This document shows positions 13,524 to 26,515 of a DNA stretch of 58,584 nucleotides, one piece after another. The notes beneath the pieces were generated by a model. It was given only the letters and a program-made list of their open reading frames with translations. It ran no database searches and had not been told where the DNA came from. How positions within the stretch are numbered: the stretch's first letter is position 1; each line of letters opens with the position of its first letter. A program made the position numbers and the translations under genes. This DNA comes from Sphaeroforma arctica JP610 (taxonomy: Eukaryota): positions 6,496 through 65,079 of the forward strand of contig NW_014040203.1 in NCBI RefSeq assembly GCF_001186125.1, in the 5' to 3' direction.

Positions 13524-15569
13524 TGTGTGTGTGTGTGTATATATACTTTCACGCGTCCATAATCATATACGTATGCATGTATGTTGTAATATATATATAT
13601 ATATATACATTGCTTCTTGTTTATTGTGTATTGTTCATTGGTTATTGGTTATCGGTTTTTTTCTTATTCTTTATATGTATATATATATATATATATGTTA
13701 ATATTTCAATAAATTGTATATATATATTTATATATAGGCCTGCTTATTCTCACGACCATTTTGTCTAGGTCCGCAATGAACATAGTGGAGCAGAAGAAAG
13801 CCGATCACCGCAAGAACCACCCTAACCGCCCAGAACCCAAAGTGCTTCCGGTGATCGATGAGAATCTCACCATAAAAGAAGGTCCTATCATTGATCTATG
13901 GCTGATGCTGAATGAGACTCCGTTGTACAGGGATCTGGGTATGTGTACTATACTCCACTGTTATTTGCATGGAATCTACATTTGATTATAGCCATGACGA
14001 GTATGGACAACACTGTTTGGTGTTTGTGTGTATGTATGTATTATGTATGTGATTATGAGTACAGCTAAATATCTTCCGTTGTAACCGACAACTGTGTATA
14101 CTCATATTCCGGTGTCTGTGTGTGGTGCGTCTGGGTCTTGAATAGCTATTGATTAGTATGCCATCCTCAACGATACGCTGGAGACCTGTAGGTGAAGCTA
14201 TACGGAACTCTGTTAAATCTGTTGTATCGGGATCTGCGTATGTGCTCCGTTATTGTCGTTGGTAGTGTATACATGTGAGTGCTGGGCGTGTTGCAGTCCG
14301 TTATCGGGGACGAGAAGGTTTCTTACTGTAGCAGGGATCGAGCATGTGGGCTATTTCTCTGAGTGTAACGTACATGTGGACATATGATTGTTCTCCATAT
14401 TATACTGCTATCTCTGAGCCTACATATAGATATAGCTGTAGTGTCACCAAGATCATGTATCTGTAAACTCACGGGTGTTCTGGCATGTTTACTTTGCACA
14501 TTCCAGTGTCGGCAAACTGCCAATCAGATTGGACGCCGCACCATCTAAAAATTGAAAATCATGCACCAACCGCCAAAAAGGGTGCAAAACCAGAGAGAAG
14601 GAGTACAAGGTCACTGGCACCCTCTTCCATAGAGCCGAAGAAATCGTCTTCAAAATATGCAGTAAGAGTTCCAGCTGATGTTATACACGCACGTTTACGT
14701 TTATGTTTACGTTAATATTTCCGTTAATGTTTCCGTATGCGTATGCGTATTCGTATGCGTATGCGTATGCGTGTGCGTATGTGTAGGCGTGTATGTGTAT
14801 CGTGGAGAATGTAGACAGCAGTAAGTTCACCATTTAAAGTATAGCTACAGATACGAATACGCTTATTGCAAGTGCACCTGACCGTGTGCCACTTAAGTTA
14901 CAGTTGAGTGTACAAGTATTTGTATTGAAAAGGCGTCAGTGGGTAAGCTATCAAATGTGTACCTTCATATACGTATACGTATATTGCATACGCGTGCTTT
15001 GTATAGCAGACCAATGGGTCACTCTGAGTAGACAGCAATGTATCAGCACTGCTATATGAACCCATGCTTGCACGCACGATCGCTTGATATATATTAGCTT
15101 AACGCCACAGAACCGTTGGAAAGTACTTTACTACACTAGCGTATGAATTCTACATATACACATATTCGCTAAATTATGTATCTCACATAGGTACATTTAC
15201 TTGACATGTATTTCCCTCCGAATACCGCATACACACATTAGCACTATCTTGTAACCCCACATATACACACAGACACTGACTTATGAAACCCACATACATA
15301 TATTCCAACCAGGCAAGGCAAACGCGTTCAGCATCCGGTACATCACGTCCCGTTTCCCCAAAGCCAGCCACACGCACAACTGGACGTTCTAAGCGAACGG
15401 TTGCACAGCCTGTGCACGAGTCCGAGTCAGGGGGAGACGATGTATGTGCGAGATAGACTGCTATGCAGTTGTGATTGAGTATCAGTATGAGTGTACTTGC
15501 ACCACATCATGTATATATGTATATATGAATATATGTATGTATATATATATATGTGTGTGTGTGTGTGTA

Positions 15570-15607
<38 letters not shown>

Positions 15608-16129
15608 TGTGTGCATATCAACTTACATACAAGCACCAGGTCACAACAACACAAGCGTTTGCACAGCCGGTGCAGGCGTCTGCGTTCGAGAAGAACAGTG
15701 ATTCTAATCACACGGTCAACCCCAATTCACCTACCCTGATTCCTAAATCTTAAAATCACAAAATTTTACAATCCCGAAATCCTAAAATCCTAAAATCCTA
15801 AAATCCTATATCTCTCACAGGGCTCCTCCTACAATGCTTCGGACGAGGAAGCTACCTCCGACAACTCCGAACCCACCGTCGCCAAAGGGTCCCAACGACC
15901 CACCACCTCATCAGCAACACGCAGGAGTGCTCGAAACACACGCGCACGCTTACCAGACACCACAGACAGCAACGACGGCTCTGCCTTGGCTCGGAATAAG
16001 AACAGAAACGCACAGGCAACGTCGCACACGAGTAGACGTACAAGCAAGCGCAAGGCAGTGAGTGTGGAGAAGGCAGTCAAGCGACCTTCGCCTAGGAAAC
16101 GGGTGGTAAGTTTAGTGTGCTTATGTATT

Positions 16130-16175
<46 letters not shown>

Positions 16176-19100
16176 TGTGTGTTTGCGTGTGTGTGGTGGT
16201 GGTATAGAAAATAGATCGATAAGTGTTATGTATTTACGTATACATATATATATATATATGGGTGGGGGGGGTGTTTGTGTCTGTGTTCTATACACATACA
16301 ATTCATTGAATGCATAGACAGACTCACCTATATGCGCATGTGTATCACAGTTGTATGACAATCCCACAATGCGTTGTTACGTTTTCTTCACTTTACCTTA
16401 CCTGTCATCAGGCAGCAATTCCTCGACCCAAAGCAGTCGCACTACAGGTGTGTACTTATCAGTCTATCTCTCTCATTAGTATTGCATATACCAAACCGTT
16501 TCTCGTTTCATTTATTGTGTCGGAAGTTTTGAACGGTTATGCCGAACGCCGTATTTTTACCGCTACTACCACGTGTAAATTTATTTGCTGTGTCCCATAC
16601 GCCTGTATAGCTCAGATTAGAACTGTATCAGTCACACAGCAACCATCAAGTCTTAATACACGTGCCTGTACGTTTTCTCAGCAACTACCAAGTCTTCATA
16701 CACGTGCCTATACGTTTTCTCAGCAACTACCGAGTTTTCATACACGTGTCTGTACGTTTTCTCATTTGTGTCACCAGGCACCAATGCCCAGGCCCAAAGC
16801 CGTTGCGCTACCGGTGAGTACTAGTAACAACCTTTACGCTTTAGTTTTGTTTCGTTATTCGTTGCACTGATTTGTCGTGCTATCAGTTTTCATAGCTAAG
16901 ACCATACTCTTACTCTTACAACCTTGCTTATGACTGATGGCAACGGCCGTTTACGTATTGTTACATTTTCTTTCTGTCTCGCCAGATTTCTGTGCCCAGG
17001 CCAGCGGCAGTTGCATTGCCGGTGAGTACAAATAACAACCTGCAGTCTTCAGTTTCGCTTCGTTATTATTTGTACTGATTTGTCGTACCAGCTTAGACCA
17101 TACTTACAACTTTGCTAATGAATATTGACACCGGCCATTTATGTATTGCTATGTTTTCTTTCCTATCTGACCAGAAGTTTGTACCCAGACCAGAGGCAAT
17201 TGCGTTGCCGGTGAGTACTAGTAATAACCTGCAGTCTTCATTTTCGCTTCATTTTCGATCATGCTGATTTCGCAGCTTAGACCATACCCTTATAACTCGC
17301 TTATGAGCAACCATAATGGCCATTTACGTATATATACGTTTTCTATTCTGCGCCTTCAGGCTTCAGTGCCCAGGCACAAAGCAGTTGCACTACAGGTGAG
17401 CTCTGACCAATTCTTTCCACTGGCCAGACTGCGTCATTTAGTATCATGTTTACGTTTTCGTTTAAGCTTGTTTTATTTTCATCATGGGACATTAACCATG
17501 GTGGCTCAAACATATTTTAGTCACAGTGTTCATATACGTATTATTACGTATGTTCATCTATCCTGCAGCAGCTACAGCGCAGGTGAGTGCTTACGAATCA
17601 ATTTCTAATTGTTTTACGTTTTGCATCGTACTCTGTCTAACTACTTATTTCCGTGAGTGCGTTTGCATATATACGTTTACGTATTTCGTTGAAAACGACA
17701 GGCACCCCTATCAATTGGCGAAGTCTATGGCGTAGTACCCGCTCATCCTTTTTTTTCAGGTCAATGCTTTTTAGCGTACGTTTTCTTAAACGTGGGTGTA
17801 CTTTCTATTACTTTTTATTAACACCACCTGACGTTTTCTCAGACGCAGGTGTACTTTCAATTGTCTCACCACCTTACGTTTGTCTGCCCTTTTCTGTGAT
17901 CTGGGTGTAGTGAACCATGAACCACCCCCACACTCTGGCACACGAAGACGATGACTATGCTATGTTTTTGTTAACGTAAATACTTTAAACTACGGATTCC
18001 TGTTTTCAGGCAGTAGAGAAGCGCATACCACCGCCGCCACAGCACGAACATGCAGACACACACACATCAGATGAAAGCAAAAGTGACGAGACCGACAACG
18101 ACTTTGTCAGTGAAGCGGAACATACCACTAACCAGCAACTATATGGCCACGATGTACCACGACAGCACAAAGGGTGAGTGTGTGTGCAAAGGGTATCTAT
18201 GCACGTTTGCTATAAATATATAAATATGTACGTACATGAATATGTATATATATATATAAGTGTGTGTGTGTGTGTGCGTGTGTGTGTGCGTATGTGTATG
18301 TGTATATTTATGTATGTATGTATGTATGTATGTACATATGTATGTATGTATATATGTATATGTATGTATATATATATATATATATATAGATGTGTGTGTG
18401 TATGTGTGTGTGTATGTATATATATATATATATATATTTAGTCAATACCTTGCAGATCCTCATGACAGCCAGCACTATAGACGCGCAACCCTGCACTCCA
18501 CACAGTTTCCTGAGGGATAGACACCCCAAGTGAAACGGATACGTGCTCTCCAGAAGTGATATGTGCGATTTTAGATCAATCGAAGACGTTCTCCTCCAGG
18601 AATGATATGTGTGACTTTTTGGCGGATACCCATACCTTTGAGTTTGAATTTGCTGTCGATGGCTATCTGCCTGAGGTTTTAGAGTTTTAGGGTTCAGGGT
18701 TTTTGTATATTACGGGATGTTGTAGTCTATCGTCTTCTTAGTCCAATCCTTAATTTTTGTCCTCCCCGCTGTGGCTGTATTCAATTAAGTTTAGTCTTAG
18801 GACCCCTTTGGTGCAGTCTGATGCTATCTATTTAGTTGGCGTAAGAATTGAGAATCGTAGGAAATCGGGGTAGGAATAGAGATTTTTAGGAATTGGAAAT
18901 TTGGCGCGGTTGAGCGGAATTTCCGAGTCTATTTGGCCAAAACGTGATACCAAACTTATACGAGAATAAGAACTTATGTATGGATAAACCCATGAACAAT
19001 ACGTTTTTATTGCTACCCGTGTCAATTGTATCAATGGCTGTTTGCGAATAGTTTCCTATGGGCAGTATTGGTTGACTGTAGCTAATGATTTGTTCTCATG

Positions 19101-19559
19101 ACACCCGCAAACATGTATTGGTGACTGCTGGCCAATAGTTTCCTATTGGGTAGTGTTGCTTGACTCTGTAGCTAATGAATTGCTCTGATGTCACACGCGA
19201 ACATACGTACCAGACGACGGGCGTACGAGTTGTCTTATCTGGAGAACAGGAAGAAAATCGAAATACTGAACTACTTGAGATCAATTGGGTCCTCCGAATA
19301 CCAAAGGTACGAGTGTGTGCAAAGCTTATACAGCACGCAACACACACTACTACCTGCATGGCAACGACAGCATTCAAGTGTTTGTACATGGATGTGTGTG
19401 TATGTCTTAGATGTATCACCTCGATCACATACACTATGTTCTAGCCGCTTGGGTGTACATGTTTGTCAATGCTGGATATGTGTCTATTTGTATGCATATC
19501 CTGAGAGATTTGTCTGGATCATATGCACCTGTTTCTTTCCTTCTATCTCTCTCTCTCGC

Positions 19560-19605
<46 letters not shown>

Positions 19606-19622
19606 GTATGTATGTATGTATG

Positions 19623-19659
<37 letters not shown>

Positions 19660-20012
19660 ATGTATGCATGGCTATCCTAGATGCTTGTATCTCATTGTAT
19701 GCAAAGATATATAGTATATGTTGCATTTACCTACACGTATATTCTAGTGCTTGCATCTCATTGTGCAAAGATATGTAGTATATATTGCACTTTGTCCTGT
19801 TCATACACCTGTGTATCACTTTGTACATATATAGCATTTATATATCTGATATCATTCATATAACTGCATGTATATTCGAGATGCTTCATACTGCCCATAT
19901 ACCTGTGTATCTCAATGTATATATATATATAGCTTTCATACATCTGATATTATTCATATAATAGCAAGTATATTCTAGAGGCTTCATCCTGCTCATACAC
20001 CTGTGTATCTCA

Positions 20013-20043
<31 letters not shown>

Positions 20044-20265
20044 GCATTCATATATCTGATATCATTCATATAACTGCATTTATTCTTTAGATGCTTTATC
20101 CTGCTCATACATACGCGTGTTACTCGCTGATGCAGGTGCCACGAAGCCTACAAAGCCGAAATGATTAAACTCTTTGATCTGCCGCTAGAGACCTCCTCTC
20201 CTACACCCACACCCCAACAGCAGGCAAGTGGTGCTAAGATGTATAGCTATAGGCGTGTCGGTTGA
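10686..20265 (+). CDS. Multi-exon Myb/SANT-like (NAM-associated/Harbinger ORF2-like) putative DNA-binding protein gene
   Basis: Exon 10686-10904 reads [20 protein letters not shown]...[10 protein letters not shown]...[20 protein letters not shown] (Myb-like F..ED...W...W...R pattern). Further GT-AG exons lie at ~13769-13938, ~14506-14661, 15821-16105, five 36-nt exons at 16412-17395, 18010-18173, 19214-19306 and 20136-20265; the last three join in matching phase 2. The model is incomplete because of N gaps and uncertain small exons. Confidence 0.6.
10990..13735. repeat. Microsatellite-dense intronic block, (TA)n/(TG)n/(TATG)n, with N gaps at 11514-11897 and 13235-13254
   Basis: Directly visible; explains the many spurious YIYI/CVCV ORFs. 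Confidence 0.95.
16412..17395 (+). repeat. Array of five duplicated phase-0 36-nt microexons (16412-16447, 16778-16813, 16986-17021, 17175-17210, 17360-17395)
   Basis: Each is bounded by CAG| and |GTG(A/T)G. They encode [48 protein letters not shown] and [12 protein letters not shown]. The introns after exons 2-4 are also homologous. Confidence 0.85.
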
Positions 20266-20712
20266 CATTTGATATGGGCGTCTGGTTGGATGAGTCTCAT
20301 TGCTATACCACAGCAACAGAAGTTATAAAACAAAATAAGGACCGTAATTTCACGCCTATACTTCAACAGCAGGCAACTAACTGAATATATTATATGTACT
20401 CCCACTCACCTGATAAGTTCAATGTAGGCTCGTTTTCTAGTCACGCACACGTTGTCAAGTGGTTCAGCTTTGCCTTATACGCTCACGTATGTGCATCGGT
20501 GCAGTGGTGTGCGCTGTTATTTTGTACAACGAGTGTTGCAGACTTCGCACAGCGATGATTGGGATTTCTAGACACGCGAGGGTTTAGTGTTTTTAGGTTG
20601 TGACGCACATTCAGATCCTCACCACAATCATACACTTGAGCGTGGTTCATTGAATGAATGTTTTGAGTTTTGTGTGTCTGTGTCTATATATAGATATATA
20701 TATGTATATATG

Positions 20713-20744
<32 letters not shown>

Positions 20745-21136
20745 ATATATGCGTGTCTGTGTCTGTATCTGTGTGCTTGTCTGTACTTATATATATATAT
20801 ATATACGGATAACGTATCATGATGGTTCCGATTTAAGTATCATCGTGGCACGACTCCCCCGGTGTACCAGGAGGGAAGTACGTACCGTATACACGCTATA
20901 GTATTAAATTTAACCGTGGATATTCAACCTTATTTTAAACAGATCCAAAATCAGGCCCAAAGTCCGAAATCTACAGGGCAAGTACAGGCAAACGGAGTGC
21001 CTACAGCAACCAAAGCGGAAAAATTCTGGCCGGTGGATGCCAATGGTAATTCGCCTTATAATGCTAAAATGGGAATCAGGATTTAGTCAGATTCATATGA
21101 GAAGACTAATTAGGTGCAGGAGTGTATCTGGATTCT

Positions 21137-24100
21137 ATGGATATAGGTACCAAATCAGACAGTAGGATTGGGATCAGACTTCAATATATATATATATGTG
21201 TGTGTGTGTATGTGTGTGTGTGTGTGTGTGTGCGTGTATGTGTGTATATGTATGTATATATGTGTGTGAGTGTGTGTGTGTATGCGTACATGCACATATG
21301 TATGTATATGTATAAATAATACATGTCTGCTCAATTGACTGTTTGCTTCTCCTTCTGTTCCTCTTCGCCTACTATCAGAGGACGAGTCAGTTACGGCGTT
21401 TCGCCAGTACCTGCGCATAGCTTCAGTGCAACCAAGCCCCGACTACACACCTATTGCCGAGTTCTTGAAAGCCCAAGCCCTCCATATTGGCCTGGAGGTG
21501 TGTTCTTGCGTTCATATATGTGTATATATAGTATGAAACAAGTATGAAAGCATCAAGACATACACATGATTTGATTGAAAATCCTGTGTGGTAGATATCT
21601 GATATCTGATATGTAAATATATATATATACATATGTGTGTGTGTGTGTGTATATATACATATGTGTGTGTGTGTGTGTATATATATATACATATGTGTGT
21701 GAGTATGTATGTATGTATGTATGTATGTATGTATGTATGTATATAATTATATATATATATATATATATGTTACTGATTTATATTCATTTATATATATATA
21801 TATAGTATGTATATAATATAGTAAATACTATATATATATATATATGTATGTTTATATATATATATATATATATATATATGTTTATAATTTCTATATAGTA
21901 CTATATAGTTCTATTCTATCAGCTGTATAAACTTTATTGTCGAATAGTGTTACGTAAGTGTCATATCTATGACCAAACACATTACACCCGCCTCATCACG
22001 TGAGTATGAAGAACACGTGCTAGTGGAAGGTATGCCTATTGTAGTGCTCACATTCAAAGGATGGAACCCCAATGCCAAAAGTGTCTCATTAATATATATA
22101 TATATATGTATATCTGTATTTGTGTCTGTGTCTGTGTCTATGTCTATGTATATACATATATATAAATTTTTTTAATATATATGCATATAAGCATACATAT
22201 CTACATATATACATACATGCATGCATGCATACATACATACATACATACAACCCCATACATACACACATACACACCGACATACACACATACACACCGACAT
22301 ACATACAACCCCATACTATATTGACCCTTCTAACGTCCATACCCGTGTATGCACCTGAACAGACAATAGTGAACTAAGCCGTCACATACCTCGCCTCTCA
22401 TGCAGTATCAACAACACACACTGGTAGAGGGCAAGCCCATTATTGTGCTCACACTCAAAGGAAGGAATCCCCTGGCCAAGAGTGTGCTGTTGAACTCACA
22501 CACCGATGTGGTGCCTGTGGAGAACGACAAGTGGACACACCCACCGTTTGACGCCCACAAAGACGCGGCCGGTCGCATATACGCACGGGGTGCCCAGGAC
22601 ATGAAGTGTGTGGGCGTACAGTACTTGTACGCCATCAAGAACCTTCTGGCTAACCACAGTAAGTGTTTAAGTATTAAATAAGTATAGAGTGAGCAACAGG
22701 GAGTCGGGCAGCTGCCAGATGTAAGGAATTGGGAATAACTGGATAGGGTCTCGTCTGCGTTCTGTGGTGCTATACCTACTCCCCCGCTCACCCTAAAAGT
22801 TATTGTCTGAAGATGCGAGTGCGGCCTACAGCCTACATCGCCCTACCGATCAAGCCAAACTGAGTGTACCTCTGACTATTGTATCTTATACCCCTCGGTC
22901 TATCACAGCGTCCACACAACCACTCTTCACCCGAACGCTGCACATTTCATTTGTACCTGATGAGGAGATTGGCGGCGCAGATGGAATGCAGAAGTTCTGC
23001 GCTACACAGCACTTCAGGAATCTGAATGTGGGCTTTGCATTGGATGAGGTAATGTTTGGGGCAGTATAGGGTTATGGGATATGGAGATAGGTAGTTATAG
23101 TTATGTAGGATGTAGTTATGGTGATATGGGAAATACAGTTATGTAGAATGTAGTTATGGTGATATGGAGATATAGTTGTGTAGAATGTGATAGGTAGATA
23201 TAGCTATGTAGAATGTAATAGGTAGATATGGTTGTGTAGAATGTAATAGGTAGATATAGTTATGTAGAATGTAATAGGTAGATATAATTGTGTAGAATGT
23301 AATAGGTAGATATAGTTATGTAGAATGTAGTTTTGGTGATAGGTATATAGGTAGATTTGTAGATATAAAGTTGTGTAGAATGTAGATATGGGGATGTGGA
23401 CATGGGTAGATTTGTAGATAGGAAGAAATGTGAATATGTAGATATAGAGAGAGATATGGAGATAGGAAGTTATGTAGATATGGTGATAATTACATTTTTA
23501 GATAGGAAGATTTGTGAATATGTAGATTTAGAGCTATGGAGTTGTGCAGAATGTAGATATAGTGACAGGTAGATTTGTATATATGGAGATATAGACTTCT
23601 GTAACTATGTAGGTATGGAGATATATAGATATGATAATGTGTGAGTCTGGGTGTGTTGATTGGCCCGCAAAACTTTGAGCTAGGTCTAATATCAGATCCG
23701 GTATTTGTGGACGCTTCCGTAAATGGTGTATATGCATGAATGATTTAACTATGCGGATATATTGATCCGAACTCGTACACGTTACAAGTGTGTACCCAGC
23801 AGTAGTGGGCGTCTGCCTGTCTATGCGCATGTGCCTTCGTATGGTAGAACGTTGCCGGATACTATGGCGCTCCGTTCGCCTCCTCGTATATTCCTATCCT
23901 TCCTAGTATATGAGCACCGCCTATTATATATATATACGCCTAGATATACACGTCCAGATATACAAGTCTAGATATACAAGTCTAGATATACAAGTCTAGA
24001 TATATACGTTTAGATATACACGTCTAGATATATACGTTTAGATATACACGTCTAAATGTATACGTCTAAATATATACATCTAGATATGTACGTCTAGAAA

Positions 24101-26515
24101 TATACGTCTAGATATACACATCTAGATATATACGTCTAGATCTATACGTCTAGATATATTGAGGCACTTACGTCGAATACCAATAGCGGGTATTGTCGCA
24201 AATATACTTGTAACCTGTTTACCAACCTTATTCTATCCTCTGAAATGTGTAGGGTTTGGCCAGCGCTAGTGAGCGGTGCGAGGTGTATGTGGGCGAGCGC
24301 GCGCCCTTCTGGTTTAATCTGACAGCCGCAGGCACCCCCGGACATGGCTCACTCTTCATAGAAAGTGAGTGAGATGAACCTGGTTTTCGAAGGAATATAT
24401 GAGTTAAATGATTTCTAATTATAGAAAGTGAGATAAACTTAGTTTTGGCACGAACGTATGTGTTGCAATGATGTCTCATTATTGAAAGTGAGATAAATTG
24501 AGTTTTAACGGGTATGTAAGTTGTTACAACGGTTTTCTTCGTAGAAAATATGTGAATGATTCTAGTTTTGGGCAGGTATAACACTGACTGACCACTCCTG
24601 TTTATTTGTCCACTACTATACTAAGACACGGCGTCGATGCGCCTGCTCAGTGTGCTGCAGAAGTTTGTTAACCTGCGCAACAAGAACGACGCGGAGAGGA
24701 AGGCAAACAACCTCACAAACGGCCGTGTGATGTCTGTGAATATCACTAAGATCAACGGAGGCGTGCAACACAACGTCGTGCCTTCTGTAATGACCGGTAT
24801 GTAGTGGTTTAGCAATAGGTATGTATGTGTTTAGTAATGGGTATGTCGTGGTGTAGTAATAGGCCTGTATGTGTTTAGTAATACGTATGTAGTGGTGTAG
24901 TAATAGGTCAATGTATGCATGCATCGCTGTAGGGTTGGGTATGTATGCAGAGCCGAGTGTTTATAGTTGCAAATACATGTGGCTGAGTGACCCCACTGTA
25001 CGTATCTCAATATATATTCCAAGACTCGTGTGCAGCGATTGATCACTTGCGAGGTCATCAGTACCACCAATTCATTAGTGCCCATCATTCGACACTTTCC
25101 GGTACTAAAGGCTGTGGTGGTATTCTGTCATTGACTCCTTGAGACACATTTTTGACTCTTGTTTTAACGTCAATACAGCTGCGGTTATAATTGACTCATT
25201 GTGATACATTTTTTACACTTGACTCTTTGCGACACATTATTTTACACTTGTTTTTAACGTCAATACAGCTGCGGTTTAAATTGACTCATTGTGTCACTTT
25301 TTAACACTTGTTTTAAACGTCAATACAGCTGCGGTTTAAATTGACTCATTGTGTCACTTTTTAACACTTGTTTTAAACGTCAATACAGCTGCGGTTGATA
25401 TCCGAGCGCCGCCGAATGTAACGGCAAACGACGTACACAATCTGATCGATTCGTATCTGGAGGAAGGTGTCACGGCGACCTATATTGTGAACACTCCTGT
25501 AAACAAGGTACGTCTGCTGCATGCTTATATAGTAGATCGATTGCAACAAGTGTGTATGGTTCATTGTGGCTGCAGTTGGTTTCTATTGGGGAGCTTCACA
25601 ACGCACAACACCCAACTTGTTCCGCTTGATAGTAATTGGCTTGAGTTTCTGCTAGTATATGGAGACGATACAGATACTGTGTAGTTACCAGTCCTGGCTG
25701 GTGTATACTAGCCTGTGCACTTTTGAAAATTGGATACCTCACAATGGGTAAGCCTCTGTATGTATGTATGTATGTATGCATGTATTTATATATGTATGCA
25801 TGTATGTATCTATTTATCTATATGTATCTATGTAATATACAAATATACAGATTCTTTTTTATGTGTTGTACTCGCCTACAAGCAGGTATACCGAGGCCAA
25901 ATTACGGCTTACATTCTAGGACAGTCTTCCCTTCTTAACGTCAATCGATATACCACTATATACGAACCTGACTATCTGTTTATGTCGCGTTTGTGTATTC
26001 TGCTAAATACACAGCTTACCGCTATAGACGATACCAACCCTTGGTGGGGAGTGTTCACCAGTGCCTGTGCCGAGGCGGGTGTGCTACTCAAAGAGCCTGA
26101 CATTTTTCCCGGCGGCACGGACTCGCGCTTCTTACGGGCAATGGGTATGAAATACGGATATAGGTCACGTATCGTGTACTTGCCCGAGTATATTTCTTTT
26201 TTTGTGAATACTGACATGGGTCACCACTTATCGTGCACTTGCCTAAGTGTATTTCTGTATAATAATAAAACTTTAGCATGCGTGCGTGCGTATCAATCGC
26301 TCGCAAACCTTTCAAGTAGGTATTAACAGACGAACAATGTCTGATGCACACGTACAGGTATACCCACAGTAGGCTTCTCCCCCATCAGCAATACGCCAGT
26401 ACTGCTACACGACCACGACGAATATCTAACTGAGTCCACATATCTTGACGGTGTGCGTGCCTATGAGCGCATTATTTCCGCTTTGGCTAATGCGAATGGC
26501 AGTACTGTGGCCTGA
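21137..26515 (+). CDS. ACY1: Aminoacylase-1 (peptidase M20A family), spliced
   Basis: Phase-consistent GT-AG exons 21379-21497, 22406-22658, 22909-23048, 24253-24364, 24626-24796, 25389-25507, 26015-26144 and 26358-26515. Motifs: FRQYLRI..VQP, LLNSHTDVVP, IYARGAQDMK, FVPDEEIGG, FALDEGLAS, GTPGHGS, GGVQHNVVP, FPGGTDSRFLR, GFSP..NTPVLLHDHDE. The start exon ATGGATATAG|GT at 21137-21146 is tentative. Confidence 0.93.
23090..23600. repeat. Intronic minisatellite (about 28-bp gtagaatgtaataggtagatatagttat units, degenerate)
   Basis: Visible tandem units inside an ACY1 intron. Confidence 0.85.
23935..24160. repeat. Intronic about 14-bp minisatellite (tctagatatacacg-like)
   Basis: Visible tandem units inside an ACY1 intron. 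Confidence 0.9.

Noticed and set aside
10950..13768. Many ORFs rich in [12 protein letters not shown]
   Set aside because: They are translations of (TA)n/(TG)n microsatellites and N gaps; the same applies to similar ORFs at 15.4-22.4 kb.
15765..15810. (ATCCTAAA)n as a telomere or chromosome end
   Set aside because: Only a few degenerate units, located inside an intron.
16412..17395. 36-bp regularly spaced repeats as CRISPR-like
   Set aside because: The repeats vary mostly in a codon-compatible way, are bounded by AG/GT, and the spacers are long and homologous; they are microexons.
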